Shown: positions 24,143 to 37,900, numbered from the stretch's first letter. The stretch is DNA of 64,000 nucleotides from Geosiphon pyriformis uo1 (GCA_016748015.1 JAAOMT010000514.1:175866-239865); one strand, 5' to 3'. Notes: generated from the letters alone by a model not told the origin. Numbers and translations: made by a program.

Positions 24143-25084
24143 ATGCCACGACCACCGAGGCCTATAAAACGCGCTACTTTGCGTGAAAAAAGAGTCCAAG
24201 AACAAGCAGCTGTTAAAATTTCAGGAGCAGACGACACCTTAGAAATCAAGACGCGTCAAGTTCACGCCACCTTGAAAAAGGGCAAGCAACGAGAAGACTT
24301 CTCCCTGCCCATCAACCTTGAAGATATCCAAAATTCATTAAAGTCATATCAGGAACCATTTATAGAAATACCCAGTGAAAAGAATAACTCTTACCTCGAG
24401 CAAGGACAGACCGATAATGACGCGGATATAGCGTTGACACTTGTTGAAGCGAGTCAAAGAAAAGAAGCTCAAAGTATAAGACTGAGTATAAAAGAAAATT
24501 TGGAAGAGACAGGCTTGGAAAGCGCTGATAGCGTTCAAGATAGAAGCTACCAAAAAATTGACTACGATCATGGAAAGCTTCATCTTTTGTCTTCATCTTC
24601 TCATCAGACCCCGACAGTTAAACCGGAAGTGACCGCGGCACTTAAAAAACCGGTGCGACGAAACAAGAAAATCAGCCTACCTGCAAATAGACTACCACCT
24701 CGTCGTCTTGGAAAATCCAAGAAACCTGTTGCACTGAAATTCGGGGATGAACAGCTTTTAAGCTCGAGTGAAGATGAGAAATCTGCAGCTAGTGAAAAGA
24801 GACGAACCAACGTAAAAGAGACCAGCCCGGTTGATCAATCGGATAATGTACAAAGAGAGGTACTGTGACACTGTTTTATTGTGTGCCAAAGGTCAACTTT
24901 TAATGTGATCTCCTTTTGTACTGTATCTATCTTGACGTAGAAATTAGAGTGGGAGCGTCAAGAGAGATTGCGTTACTTCCGGGAAGTTGATCAATATGCT
25001 CTGCCTGTCGAGTACGTATTCGCTCCTCGTGAAGAGATTGTGTCCAAATTGAATACTTTGCAGAATACAAAATCGAGTGATTAA
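24143..25084 (+). CDS. Disordered basic protein with C-terminal Sororin-like motif (candidate Sororin/Sor1; 2 exons, 286 aa)
   Basis: Exons 24143-24859 and 24941-25084 (GTACTG..TAG, phase 0). Exon 2 encodes ERLRYFREVDQYALPVEYV. KEN box (IKENL) and basic NLS-like stretches in exon 1. Confidence 0.65.
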
Positions 25085-25907
25085 TAATAATTTTATAACT
25101 TCGTATAATTTAAAATTTCTATAACATAAAAAAAGGTGCAACAATATACAAATGTCATTTTATCATAAAGGGAGAAAATTTCAATTTTTTGTTAGATGCC
25201 TTTTATAAAACATCAAGAGGAAATAAAATTTTGACTCAATATTCCGATTAATAACCTAACCATCTTACAGTACCTATTGAGATGCTAGAAATATACTTAT
25301 AAGCATAACCAAGAACGATCACTAGCGTTAGAATTGTGACAAAATGGGAAATGATCTAAAAAAAGACGAGGAAAAATGAGTAAGTACAAGAAAGGGGTTT
25401 ACAGGTTTTTTGAAAATCAAAAGAAATCAGGTGTTAGGGATTATGAAATCTGCTGTGATCGTGGGACAGTTTTACACGTGTGGGTTCTTGAATGAAATGG
25501 ATAAATAAAAACATCACTACTAAATAGGGTCGTTTTTGAGGCCTGTCAATTGGCTTAACCTAGTATATATCTAATGAGTGTATAAAGATTATAATAGACT
25601 AGCCGAAAGGGTGAGAAAAGACCGTAAAGGAGGATGTGAATGCCTGATCGGAACACACGTGTAATATAAAATAAAAACTTAAAACCCTAATGTCTGAAAT
25701 TTGTGAGAATCCTGAGTGAAAGATTGTTAGGGGTAATTATTATGCAAAAAGATAAATCTATTAGTTAACTAGAATGAATTTGGATTATCGCGCAAGCAAA
25801 TGTAACTGCCTTCGAGATATTTATAAAGAAGGTTGATAGTGAAAGTGCAGGAGTGATAATTATTTGCTATATTGATTCCAAAGGAATTTGCGAAAGGTTA
25901 ATTCAAT

Positions 25908-27761
25908 CTAATCCCGGGTACCAAACTCGTCATCTACATCATTGCCGTCATCTTCAGGGCCATCACCATTTCTCCCTTCGGATTCGGAGGTGTCTCCAGC
26001 ATGAAGTACCCGGGCATCAGATTCACCATTATTACGCTTGTTGGTTTTAGTAGTGATACCACTTGTCGTCCCACTACTAACAGTAAGCCCTCGAGGAGGG
26101 TTACCACAACGATCTTTGCCATAATTAATTCTATATTTTCTGTATTCCTCTTTGGTCTTGATGCCTTCAATTGCTTTAATCGCATAGGCAATAGATGTGA
26201 AATTAACGAACCCACAGCTTTTTTCTTTGAGTATATTCACCAACTCAATTTCACCAAATTCTGAAAAGTCACGACGCAGCTTTTCTTCCGTCATCTGGTC
26301 ATCAAGCGAGCCAACATATACATTACGAGAGGCGTTCTGTGTATTAACAGCCATTTGGATGTTTCCAGGTAAAGGTCCCGAGTTTTTTCCCCAGCCGACC
26401 TTGAGGCGGCGATTTTTAATTACAAGCCCTTGGTGTTGCGCCAAGTACATGAAACTATTAGCAGCACTAGGATCTACGAAGGTTACAAAGGCAATATGTT
26501 TGTCGGAAAAATATCTAATTTGATGAAGAATTCCACCACGAATAACATTACAGATTTCTTCGCAGGAAGTGTCTTGATGAATATTTCCAAGATATATGGT
26601 GCGATTTCCAACATTAGAGGCAGATGTAGTACTTCCGGCTGCAGAAGATGTTGATGAAAAAAGAGGACTAGTGGGACTGCGAATTTCTGAACCATTATCA
26701 AGATGATTCGTAGCGGCAGCGGCAACAACTTGATAAGGATCAAAACCAGCAAAACCCATTGTACCATTGCTAAAGCTTTGAAACCCAATTGCACCTGGAG
26801 AAAAAGTGAACTGGGAAGAACCATTTCCAGAAGCTGCTCTGAGGGCACATCGATCTTTTCCATAGTTAACTTTTTTGTTGGTATACTTAGGCTCTTGCGG
26901 CAATGTTTGCACAGCTTTGACAGCACTACTAATTGTCAAAAAATGAACAAACCCGATATTCTTCTCTCTTACAATTTTTATAGTATCAATAGCACCAAAT
27001 TTGGAAAGATCTTCTCGGAGAACTGCTTCAGTAATTGAGTCATCAAGATTACCCAAATAAACGTTGCGAGAAGCATTTTGAGTACTAACTGCCACTTGAA
27101 CATTGGGTGGAACAGGTGACGGCTTGCCCCAGCCCACCTTAAGCTCTTGCCCATGAATCATCAATTTTCTGGTAGAAGCGTCATGATAGAATGCAGCTGC
27201 CGCTGTTCCGTCCATAAAAGAAATGAAGGCACAATTTTTGTCTAAAAGTATGCGGACAGATTCAATTGGTCCCACCTTAACTTGATTAAGAATTTCGTCA
27301 GCAGGGACATCAGCAGGTATATTTCCAAGATACACTGTTCGTCCAGTAGAATTAGTCCCTGCTGCAAGAGCACCTGCTTGCTGGTAAGCATTAGGAAATT
27401 GAGCTCCGGAAAATGCACCTGAGAATTGTGGTACCATGCTATTGACGTTTGGATTGTACTGGCTCATGCTGGCAGGATACTGAGACCCTCCTTGATGGTA
27501 ACCACCCATGCTGGCAAAATGAGCAGTTTGTCCAGGATGATGAAACCCAGCATTACTCTGAGTGTAAGTGTGATTAGCCATCATCATTGCTGACGGACCA
27601 ACGGGGGGAAATTGGTGACCATAGAGATCACCAGTGGCGGAACCCTGCCCAAGATCACTTCGCATAGGACTATTCGCTAGTGGATAGCTGTTGTAGTTTT
27701 GACCGAAGCGTGGCTTCTTTATATTTTCGTGCTGATTTCCGTAGTCGCTACTGCGTTTCAT
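25908..27761 (-). CDS. MRN1: Four-RRM RNA-binding protein, Mrn1 (S. cerevisiae) / Nrd1 (S. pombe) family
   Basis: Two RRM pairs: RTVYLGNI..LKVGWGK plus ASRNVYLGN..VNYGKDRC, repeated twice. Low-complexity N-terminus; intronless CDS. Confidence 0.88.
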   Translation of the reverse strand: MKRSSDYGNQHENIKKPRFGQNYNSYPLANSPMRSDLGQGSATGDLYGHQFPPVGPSAMMMANHTYTQSNAGFHHPGQTAHFASMGGYHQGGSQYPASMSQYNPNVNSMVPQFSGAFSGAQFPNAYQQAGALAAGTNSTGRTVYLGNIPADVPADEILNQVKVGPIESVRILLDKNCAFISFMDGTAAAAFYHDASTRKLMIHGQELKVGWGKPSPVPPNVQVAVSTQNASRNVYLGNLDDSITEAVLREDLSKFGAIDTIKIVREKNIGFVHFLTISSAVKAVQTLPQEPKYTNKKVNYGKDRCALRAASGNGSSQFTFSPGAIGFQSFSNGTMGFAGFDPYQVVAAAATNHLDNGSEIRSPTSPLFSSTSSAAGSTTSASNVGNRTIYLGNIHQDTSCEEICNVIRGGILHQIRYFSDKHIAFVTFVDPSAANSFMYLAQHQGLVIKNRRLKVGWGKNSGPLPGNIQMAVNTQNASRNVYVGSLDDQMTEEKLRRDFSEFGEIELVNILKEKSCGFVNFTSIAYAIKAIEGIKTKEEYRKYRINYGKDRCGNPPRGLTVSSGTTSGITTKTNKRNNGESDARVLHAGDTSESEGRNGDGPEDDGNDVDDEFGTRD

Positions 27762-29049
27762 GTTGGATATGGATTGAGCTTCAGTATTTGATAAAACTTT
27801 GCGGCTTCGAGAATCTGTATATAATCAAACCCAGCACATTTGGGAGCAATGTTTGTTAGCTTTGAAAACCATATAAATTGTTATCAAAGCGGCATTGACC
27901 AACTAATTGCTTTCTCTGTTTGATTTAGTATTTGACTAAAAATAAAAGAAAAAGAAACAAAGTACCAAGTAGGGGCGCCTAAATTATTTAAAGACGTTGA
28001 AAGAAAGAATCAAATTTAATCCGTGAAAGGAAAGGGGAATCACGGGGACCAGACTATTAGCACATTTGAATGGTTAAAATAATTAATAACATAAACAATT
28101 GCGAAAGGCAAAATCAGCATGATCAGATATTCAAAAGATTCATTTGGTTTAAAATAGGGATGCCACCATCATGAAAATATGATGAATGAAAGCACTTACA
28201 ATTCAAAGAATTTTGTGGGAAAAATAGTCGATTGGAAGAATTAAAGTTCTGGGCGAACCCCTCAGATGGAATTGTTCACAAATTCTTCGAAAACAATTTT
28301 TTGCCCAATAACCAAAGTGGTGAAAGGAGGTTCAAAGTAGGAGTAAATTGATGGTGTTTGAAATTAAAGCGCAAGATAGAAAAAAATTTCGGTTAGGTTA
28401 GAAAGAAACGAGATATGAAGAATATGGTTTTAATTAATATGACAAGGTGTCATGAGATGGTAAATGACGTAACTTAAAAAGCAAATAAAAACTCAGCGTT
28501 GATGAAAGTAAAAAGAAAAAAAGCAAGAGTCCAAACGTGTTTGAAACGACAACTCGAATAAAAAAGAAGCAAGTTCCAATAAACACTCCAGTTCCTAGTA
28601 AAGATTCTTTTTTTGTTTCACTTCTTGACACGTCCCTCTTGACAATTAACTGCATACATCGAGGCAAACAAATGAAACAATAATTTGAAAAAAAATACTT
28701 ACAATCCCGAGCCTTGAAGTAGAGAATAGCACCATGTAAACACGCGTTTAAAAGGAAATAGATGAGAAAGAGAGTTCGGTTTGGTAGAACTCGTCGAAAA
28801 GTAAAAAGGTAAACTTTTAACCCCAGAATAATTTTTACTTTCTGACCAAACGATATTTAGGGTGGGTTGAAAATTTTTCTTGGAAATAGGGTATCCAGCT
28901 GTAAACTGTGTAGTGTGTAGTACAATCTGTTACATTTGCAATTTTCTATAAATTTTTGCGTTTGAATTATAAAACACAATGCGTCACTATAAACCTTGGA
29001 TATGATTGGCTGCTCGGAAATCCTAATTCATAAAATTATCTATTTTAAT

Positions 29050-30869
29050 TGAGAATTATTAAAATGTGTACTTATCTATTTAAAAATTGGATTATCTTAA
29101 ATTAATTTATTTATTTCTATAAATAATTAAACTGATTTTTTTACTTTTTCATTTTTTTAAATATAATCTGTTTTTTTGTTTTTTTAGGTTTTAGTTAAGT
29201 GTAATTTTTCTATTAATAATGTTAATACATTAAAGTTATTATAAACATAAATTATATATTTTTAATATGTAATTAACTATTTAAATTTAAGTTAATAAAT
29301 AAATATTTATTTTTTAAACCAAAACATTTAATGATTTGATTTTATTAAAGTAATTTTTAAATATTTGTTTATTATAAATATGCTTTTATATTTACTTTTT
29401 TATTGTTTTTTTATAAAACATAACTTTTTTTTGTCATAATTTACATATTATATAATTTTTTATAATTAATTTTTAAACCAAAAATTAAATATTTTAAACT
29501 TTAAAACTTATAATAATATTAATAATAAAAAAGTTTTTATTAAATATAACATTTTTATAAAGTATTAATTTTAATAATTGTTTTATTAAAAACTTTTTTA
29601 AAAATAATAATAATAATTACTATTAAAAATAAAATAAGTTTAATTATTAATTTAAAAAACCAACTTATTAATTTAAAAACTGTATAATTAAAACTAATTA
29701 ATAATTAAAAACCAACTTTTATAGTTTTAAAAAACTTAAAATATACAATAATATATTATTATAAAACTAGTTTATTTTAAAAATTTTACCAAAACCATTA
29801 AGATTATTTTTAATTTTATTAAAAAAAATATTTAAAAACATATTATATAAGTAAAAACAAATATCACAAAAATTTTACAATTTTAAAAATAGTAAATAAA
29901 TAAATTAATAAGCTTAATTTAAATAATAAAATTTAAAACTATTTAAAATATAAAGTTTATATAAAAAATTTTAATATTGTTTTTAGTAATTAATTTTAAA
30001 TTAATATAATTTTTGTTATTAATAAAATTATTAAATTATATATTGTAATTTAATGTTATAATTTCTTAATATAATTTGAAAATTTTTGCATAAAAAACAG
30101 AAATTTAATAATTTAATAATTTGAAGTATTTAATATTTTATTTTAGTATTTATTATTTTTTAATAAGCTATTTAACTTTTTATAAATTAATTTTATATTT
30201 TAATTTTGCATATTTTATCAAATAATTTTAATATTGTAATTTTAATATTTATTTTTTTAATTAATTAGTTTAATAAAAACAAATAAAAACAAAAAAAAGT
30301 TAGTATTCTGTTAATAATTATAATTAAAAACTAATAGTTTAATTTAATAAAATTTGTAAATTAATGCTTTTAATATTTTTTGTTTTAAATATTATTTAAA
30401 TAAAATAAATAATAATAAATACTATTTATAAGAATTTTTTTTAAATAATTAATGATTAAATTATAAAATACTTATTATTATTATTATTATTATGTATATT
30501 TATTTTTAATAATATAAAATATTTAATATTTTTTAATATTTTTTAGTTATTTTTAATATTTTTTTTATTATTATGTATATTTATTTTTAATATTTTTTAA
30601 TATTTTTTAGTTATTTTTAATATTTTTTTTATTATAATTATAATTTTTTTTAATTTTTCAAATATTAAATTTGTTATTTTTTTAATTAATTAATAATTTT
30701 ATTATTAAATATAATAATATTTTACTATATTTTTAAAAGATTGTATATAATTAATAAATAGTTTTAAAATATATTATTAGATTATTTCTTTTAATAAATT
30801 TTTTTAATTTATTTATTGTTATTTTGTTAAATATTTATTTAAAATTTTTTAAATAAAAGTTTTAAATAT
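29050..30869. other. Extremely AT-rich low-complexity block
   Basis: Nearly all A/T; imperfect tandem duplication at ~30486-30630. Confidence 0.8.
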
Positions 30870-33673
30870 ATTTTTTTTATTATGCTTTATAAGTAAGATT
30901 CAAATGCTACTTAGTACTATATATTATACAAGTAATCAAAACTAGGTGTGAATCATGCTTTTTCTATACATGACCAGCTACTTGAACCAATTAAAACAAT
31001 ATTAAACAGCTATGTGAACTAAAATCATGTTACTAACATCTGAAAAAAATAAACAAGATCTACAAAAACCAAAATGAATACCAAATGTCTTAGCAATTTT
31101 AAGCAACTTGACAACACCAGCAGAAAACCCTGAAGAAAGTCCAAAAATTGAAACAAAAGCTGAATTATCAAGTAAAATCAGTCTGTTTTTTTCTATAAAA
31201 GCATAATGCTTAGCATAGACCAACCAAATATTATTCCTAAAAGTGAGACAAAAAGCATGTAAAAATTTCACAATCTTCTGACTTGTAACTTTGTAATCAT
31301 AAAAAACAGAAACAGCTACTTAGAACCAACCCTCAAAAACAAAACTCTTACAAAAAGCTGTATATACAGAAACATCAAAAGCACAAAATAACAAAAACTG
31401 AAACACATAAGAAGAAGAATGAGGAAGGTCAGAAAGTATTCTCCAATAAGTTGTATAAGTATTCAACAATTGACAACAGACAAAACCATCAACTTTGCAA
31501 GAAAACACATAATCCAAAATTTCAACATTATCACAGTACAAACACAACACAATAGAATAGCATCTGTTGTATAAGTGCTTCCAAACAACAATAAGCAGTC
31601 AATAATATAAAGCCTTTATAAAATAAGTGCATATGCTGGCAGAAAATTTACTTGTAAAACTCACAGCCATATGCAAATCAGGATACCACACCAAAAAAAA
31701 ACTGAGCCAGTCAATATTTGAAAGCAAATTACTTGTTAGAACTTTAGAACCAGAACCAAAACTAACTTTTTAGCATATATGATAAACAGATCTAAAAATA
31801 TTATGAACAAAATATCTAGAGTTATCAGAAACAATATTACCACCAGTTACAATACAGTATTTACTTAAACAGAGGAGAGGAAGATACCAATCAGAAAAAA
31901 AAGTGGTAGCAGTAAGAGCATTAGCATGTTCATTCTCTAAAACACCTGAGTAATCTTTTATTTTGTATCATTTGACTTTCAAATTTTTGTTATGAATAAT
32001 GTCTATAATGTGCTAATGTTTTACCCAACACTTATTACAAAAATCTGGACACACCAAATACAATTCCAACTTGCATGCATTCAAAGTAGCCTGACTATTA
32101 GAAAACAAGCAAACTGAGCTAAAAGGAAGAACACACTCAAAAGTCAATGCAATAGCTTATAACTTCATTAAAGTAGAAAATATCAAACCAAAAACCCCAA
32201 CACTCAAATCCAAATCAATATTATCAAAGAAGACTACAGTGCCAGCTCTTTTGTTAATAATGCCTAAGCCTTTCAAAGATCTATCTATGTAGACAAACAA
32301 ATTACTAGTATTAACACAAAACAATTGACTACCAACTAATTTAAACTTACAAGACTTAAGCATATTTAAAGAATCAATACTACTCTTAGAAAAAGAAAGA
32401 TGAACAGAAAAAAAAACTGTGTTATTGAAAAAGACAACAGAAAGATTGAACCAGTCAAGAACAGGGCTGTGAGAGTTCAATCTTTTCTACTGTTTGAAAG
32501 TTTTCTAATCAAAAATATTACCATGACAATTACAAAGCTAATTCATGAAAACAATGCCATAACATCAGAGTAAAAAAAGAAACTTGAAAAATTTAGATTC
32601 ACCAAAAACAGTTGACATAAACACTTCATTCCAAAAATGAAAAAAATTGTTCATAGGACCACTCAGAAACAGATTGTAATCAAGAAAAATACAGACCACT
32701 TTTGCCAAAAAGTTATTAGAAAGATTAATTTGAGTACAAACCAGAGAACTCAAGGAATAAATAGGGCACCAACACAAAATTTGTAAGTTATAAGACTTGT
32801 GAGAAAACAAATGATCCAAAATTCCATCAGAGTTTACAAAACTCACAAGTGACACCAATTTACCCTTAGATTGAATCTGCTTAAAAGTCTTCAAACCATA
32901 AAAAAAAGGGTAATGAATTGTATTACTTGGAAAATCAAGAGACAGACCAGATTTTAATTTCAGGTCTTTATGGATCAAGACATCCTACTTATTATACACA
33001 CCAATAGGAATAAAGCTAAACTGCATTTTGTAGCTAACAATAAGATGAAAAATAGCTAACACTAAATATAAAAACTGCTTATTTGAGATGGCCTTCTTTA
33101 GCACTAAGTTGGTGAAAAAATAAACATTGAAATGCATCTTGGCCAAGCTAGGCTTCAAGAGACTTTTAATTGACAGAAAAATATCCAGATATTAATAAAA
33201 TTCCCCTTTTTTGGCAATAAAAATAGGCAAGCCATTGATAAACAAAGTAGAATTAACAACTCTATAATTAATAGGAATGACCACAGTTTTGTCAGTATTA
33301 ATGGAGATGTCATTAATCCAAAGAATTTACTGGCAATATTGAGAATATGTTGAATAGCATTTTAACTGCTACCAACCCAAATTGTATCATTGACAAAAGC
33401 TCTAGCATTAAAAAAAGAAGACAACCCAGATCTAGATTCTGTGCAACCATTTTTTGAAATAAAATAAGAATTCAACTTATACTCATATATACTTTCCTGT
33501 CTCTTGATTTCACAAAAAAAAAGATCATAAAATATGCACTAGAGAAGAGATAAGAAGACCTCTCATTAATTTAAACCATTATGTACATAATACTCACCTG
33601 TCAAACTGAAGTTAATCATAACTCTATTGATGCAATCACCATAAATACTACCAAAAAAATAAATGAACTTGCA

Positions 33674-34929
33674 ATGGTGCAAATTATTTATAGTTATCAA
33701 ACAATTTATATAATTTTAAATTGTATCTAGTCTTCCAATTTTAATAATATTAAAAAACTAAACCATAAATATGATAGATTAAATTCTTTTTTTTCATATT
33801 TATGATTTAATTTTTTGAATTATATTATAATTTATAAAATTATTAAAGTTTAAAATTAGTCACTTTTATTATTAATCTTTAATTTTCAGATGGTGATCAA
33901 TCAGATTTTAGTCAATTAACAATTATTAAAGTCATATTACTACATGATAAATCATCAAAGTATTATCATTTTCAGAAAGGCTTTTAATTAATATTAATCT
34001 AATCTTTAGATGATTACTTTTTTATAAAGATATAATATCTCTTGGTTTATATGTCTTTTGTTAGTAATACAGTACTATTAACCATGAATATTTTATTCAC
34101 ATCACCATCATATTTGGTTGTTATTATTGGAACAAAAACCCAAATATCAATATTGTTTACATCAAGCATCAAAGAAATTATAAAAGTACTATGAGCAATT
34201 GTCAGAGAATTTGGAAATGTTATTTGCACTCTATTTGTAACTTTGCATTACTATAATATGAATACTTACTTTGAATTTACAAATAACTTTTTAATAACTA
34301 TAACGTTGCATTTCAAAGAATTGCTTGAATCTAAAAAATATACAAAATCTCCTGTAATAAAAATTTTTGGTTAAATTTAATATTTGAATGATGAATTATA
34401 CCAAAGAGAAATATAATAACTAAAATACCTATTGTGTATTTAACTGAATTATGATCTAGTTTTAGAATTGGTTTTTTAGGCTGTAAAAAAAATTTCGATT
34501 GTTGAATATTTCAACAACTTATTAAAATGTAATATATAATAGCTTATTACAATAATTAAGAAACTTATATCAATTGGTGTTAATTTAGGGGAATTAAATT
34601 GGAATTGAAAGATCTTTGGCTTTACCTTGATTAAGAGAACTGAAGTTGTTTTAAAGCCCATAACCTTGAATAGCTTTTTTTTGTTAGTATTATACATTTT
34701 CTAATGAATTTATTTTGATGCAAAAAATGTATAAAACATATTAATTCAAGTAGATAAAACCCAAATTTTTTGTAAAAGTCTAATAAACTTTTTACTTATA
34801 AATAATATATTAAAAACACATGTATATTAACCAATAAAATTTAATTATATAAATAAAAACATGTGAAAATCATCATTTAAAATTTCAAATTAATCTATAT
34901 TTTTGATGATTATAAATAGTTTGCACCAT
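33674..34929. mobile_element. Non-autonomous TIR DNA element inserted in the LINE RT, superfamily unassigned
   Basis: ~28-bp imperfect TIRs ATGGTGCAAATTATTTATAGTTATCAAA / TTTGATGATTATAAATAGTTTGCACCAT. The LINE RT sequence resumes on both sides. TSD unclear. Confidence 0.75.
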
Positions 34930-37900
34930 ACATATTTTAATCCTAATCAAACTTTTCTTAAGATGCTCCCAATTAACAGAGTTATAAGTTTTTTGCATGT
35001 CTTATAAAACCAGCCAGAGTTTACAGTTCTTTTCCAAAGCATTCTTTATTATAAAGCCAATTGCAAAAATGAGAAATTACATAATCATATTTTTTAAAAC
35101 TGAAAAATTGTCTTTATGAAGAACATCAAAGATGTTGTACATCAATGAAATCCTATCAAACAAAATTTTGAAAAGAATTTTACAAGCTGTTTTAATCAAA
35201 GCAATAAGACAAATATTCATGAAAACACTTTCTTATTCATATGATTTAGAGATCATTAAGACTCAAGCCTCTTTTTAAGAACTAAACACTAATTTGTAAA
35301 ACAAACAAGTATTCAAAAGCACAAAAAGCATGTCTAAGACTAATTTGTTGCAATATTTCTAAAGCTTATTTGAGATACTAGAAAAACTAGCAGTTTTGCC
35401 ATTGGGCAAATCAAAAATCACACAAAACAATTCATCAAAGCCAACTAAACACATCACATCTGAAAAAGCATTATCAAAAACATATTTCAATAGCTGATAT
35501 TAACAAAACCAATCACCAAAGATGTCAGAAACCACTAGATGTTTCTTAGTCTATTCTTCCATAATTACATTTATCTTGGTCTTAACCAGATTAGGTTTCA
35601 GAATTAATTTATTATTAACAACTAGATGATTCAATTCTATCTTACAAAAAAGACATTTTAATATACTTTTGATAATGTGATCTTTATCAAAAGTAAAACT
35701 TTCCATCTGCCTATTAATAGCAAACTTAATACTTAACTCCTTAGCTTTTAAAGATTTAGCAAGCTTGAAACCACAATAAAACTTTCTTATGCCAAAAAGA
35801 TCAAATCTCACATGATCTAAACTCATACCAGACTCCAATAAAATTTGAATAGTCAAAGTCTTATCAAAGTTTAAAAGTATCCAGCTGCTTATCAAAGACA
35901 CAAACCTATTATTGCTCTTTTTACAAGAAGTCTTAACAATCCTTGAAATTAGAATTTTTAATTTGTGAAATTTAGATGAGTTCTTGGTAAAGATACTATC
36001 AAAGTTCTTAAACCATTTTTTCTTAAATATTTCTTCAGCCAAAAAAATCATCACTTTGTGAACAACATCTTATATAACATCCAGATCTGAGAATTTATTA
36101 GAAGAGATAAACTTATCAGAAAACAAAACTGTATTTGCCACTATAGCATTTTTAAAATTAGCTTATTTTGTTTTATTAGTATTTTTAATATCAAACTTTC
36201 AACAATTTTTATTAGTTTGTTTGTGCAAAAGATTCAAATGTATATTCAACAAGCCACTTAAACCAACAGAAACAGAAATAACTTGGTAATTCAAATTAAA
36301 GTAATCACTAATATTCTTAACCTCATGATTTATTATTGCATTAACCAAATTCAAAGAGATAAACACATAATTAATTATTCTGAATATGCATCTGAAGTTC
36401 TCTCATATAGGCATTCTTGTAAACAAACTTCCAACCAATGAATTGACCAGCCCCAAATCAAGACACCTCTTGAAACTGGCACACTTACAGAAACTATCCT
36501 TATTGAAATTACTACCAAGAATGACAAAAAAAAACTTATTTACAGTCTTTACAACTAGAAAATTGATTTTACCAGCTTGAAAAAACCAAACCACTGAGAA
36601 GGCACCAACATAAAGCCCCAAAATCAAAACAGAAAGTTTATTTTTAAAAAGTAACTTAATGGAGAGGAGCTGACCAGACATTTCAGAAACCTTACACATA
36701 TGTCTTACCAAAAAAGAATTCATGACAATTACAATACTAGCACCCAAATACCCAAAATCTAAACCAGAAGTAAACACCTAAACACCATCAAATTTGTTGA
36801 CAATTTATGAACAAACTTTTCCTTTTAGTTTTGTTTTTGTGAAAATAGAAATCAAATTGTTTATGTCTTTGTGCCAATGAATAATATTATCCTGTTTTAT
36901 AGGATTGTTCATTCTCTTAACATTGCATGTGGCAATCTTCCACACAAACTACTTATTAAGAAAGAAGTTAAGAAAGCATACTATCAGCCAAAACCAAACT
37001 ATCAAAGTATGTCAACAAGTACAGCACTAAAGCAGAAAGATTTTTTAATATATTTTCCAATTTAATCACTTTAAGAGAGGCAGACAAGCCCAAAACTGCA
37101 GCAGTCTTATCACTAGTGGTCTTATCCAAAAACTCTCCTATTACTATATCACTTATTTGATCTTGTAATAAGAGAGTTATTAACAGTTAACATCCAGAGT
37201 TAGACTGAAGAACTGCTAATATAAGTAACTCCAATCTCTTAGCCAACTTATTAATTTGTTTTACAAAGTTAGAAAAACTGCTTTCAATGTTAACCAAATG
37301 TAATTTTAACTTATTAACAGCAGGCAAGAGAAGTTTTACCACCAAAAAGGAACCAGAATTAGCTGAACTATTGCATAGAAAAAGAAAAAAGAAAAAAGTT
37401 CCATTAATAATTTTTGTTCAAAAAGCACTACCAAAAGAAATAGGGCAAGCAATTAGTGCTGATCATTTGGCATAGATAAATACCAGCCTGCTTTTATTTT
37501 TCTTAGATAGCATTATTACTCATAGAATATAGGAAGTATATTAACATATAAATTAGCCAATCAGAAGAAAACGTAGTAAATGTGGAATTCCAGGATTTCT
37601 CTTAGATGAATTGCAGGATTTCAGAAATTTCAGAATTTTCATATGAAGAATTGCAGGATTCCAGAATTCCAGAATTCCAGAATTTCTCTCAAAGAAATTG
37701 CAGGATTTCAGAAATTCTAGAGAATTAAAGAATTCAAAGAATCTCATATAACATAAATTATATATATATAGCAAGAGTGTTAAAAACAGAAAAAGCAATT
37801 TCTGGAGAATTCAATAGAGTTTTATTAATTTAGAACAATTCCCTTTCTTCTCTATTTATTAACTCTTATTTTAAGAATAGTTGCTATCAACCGAAATAGA

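Noticed and set aside
25853-27038. Overlapping short ORFs around the RRM gene
   Set aside because: Alternative-frame or antisense by-products of a long CDS.
27762-28380. N-terminal coding extension of the RRM gene via upstream exons
   Set aside because: The frame is open through the micro-exon but hits TGA in the next upstream exon with no ATG, so it is treated as UTR.
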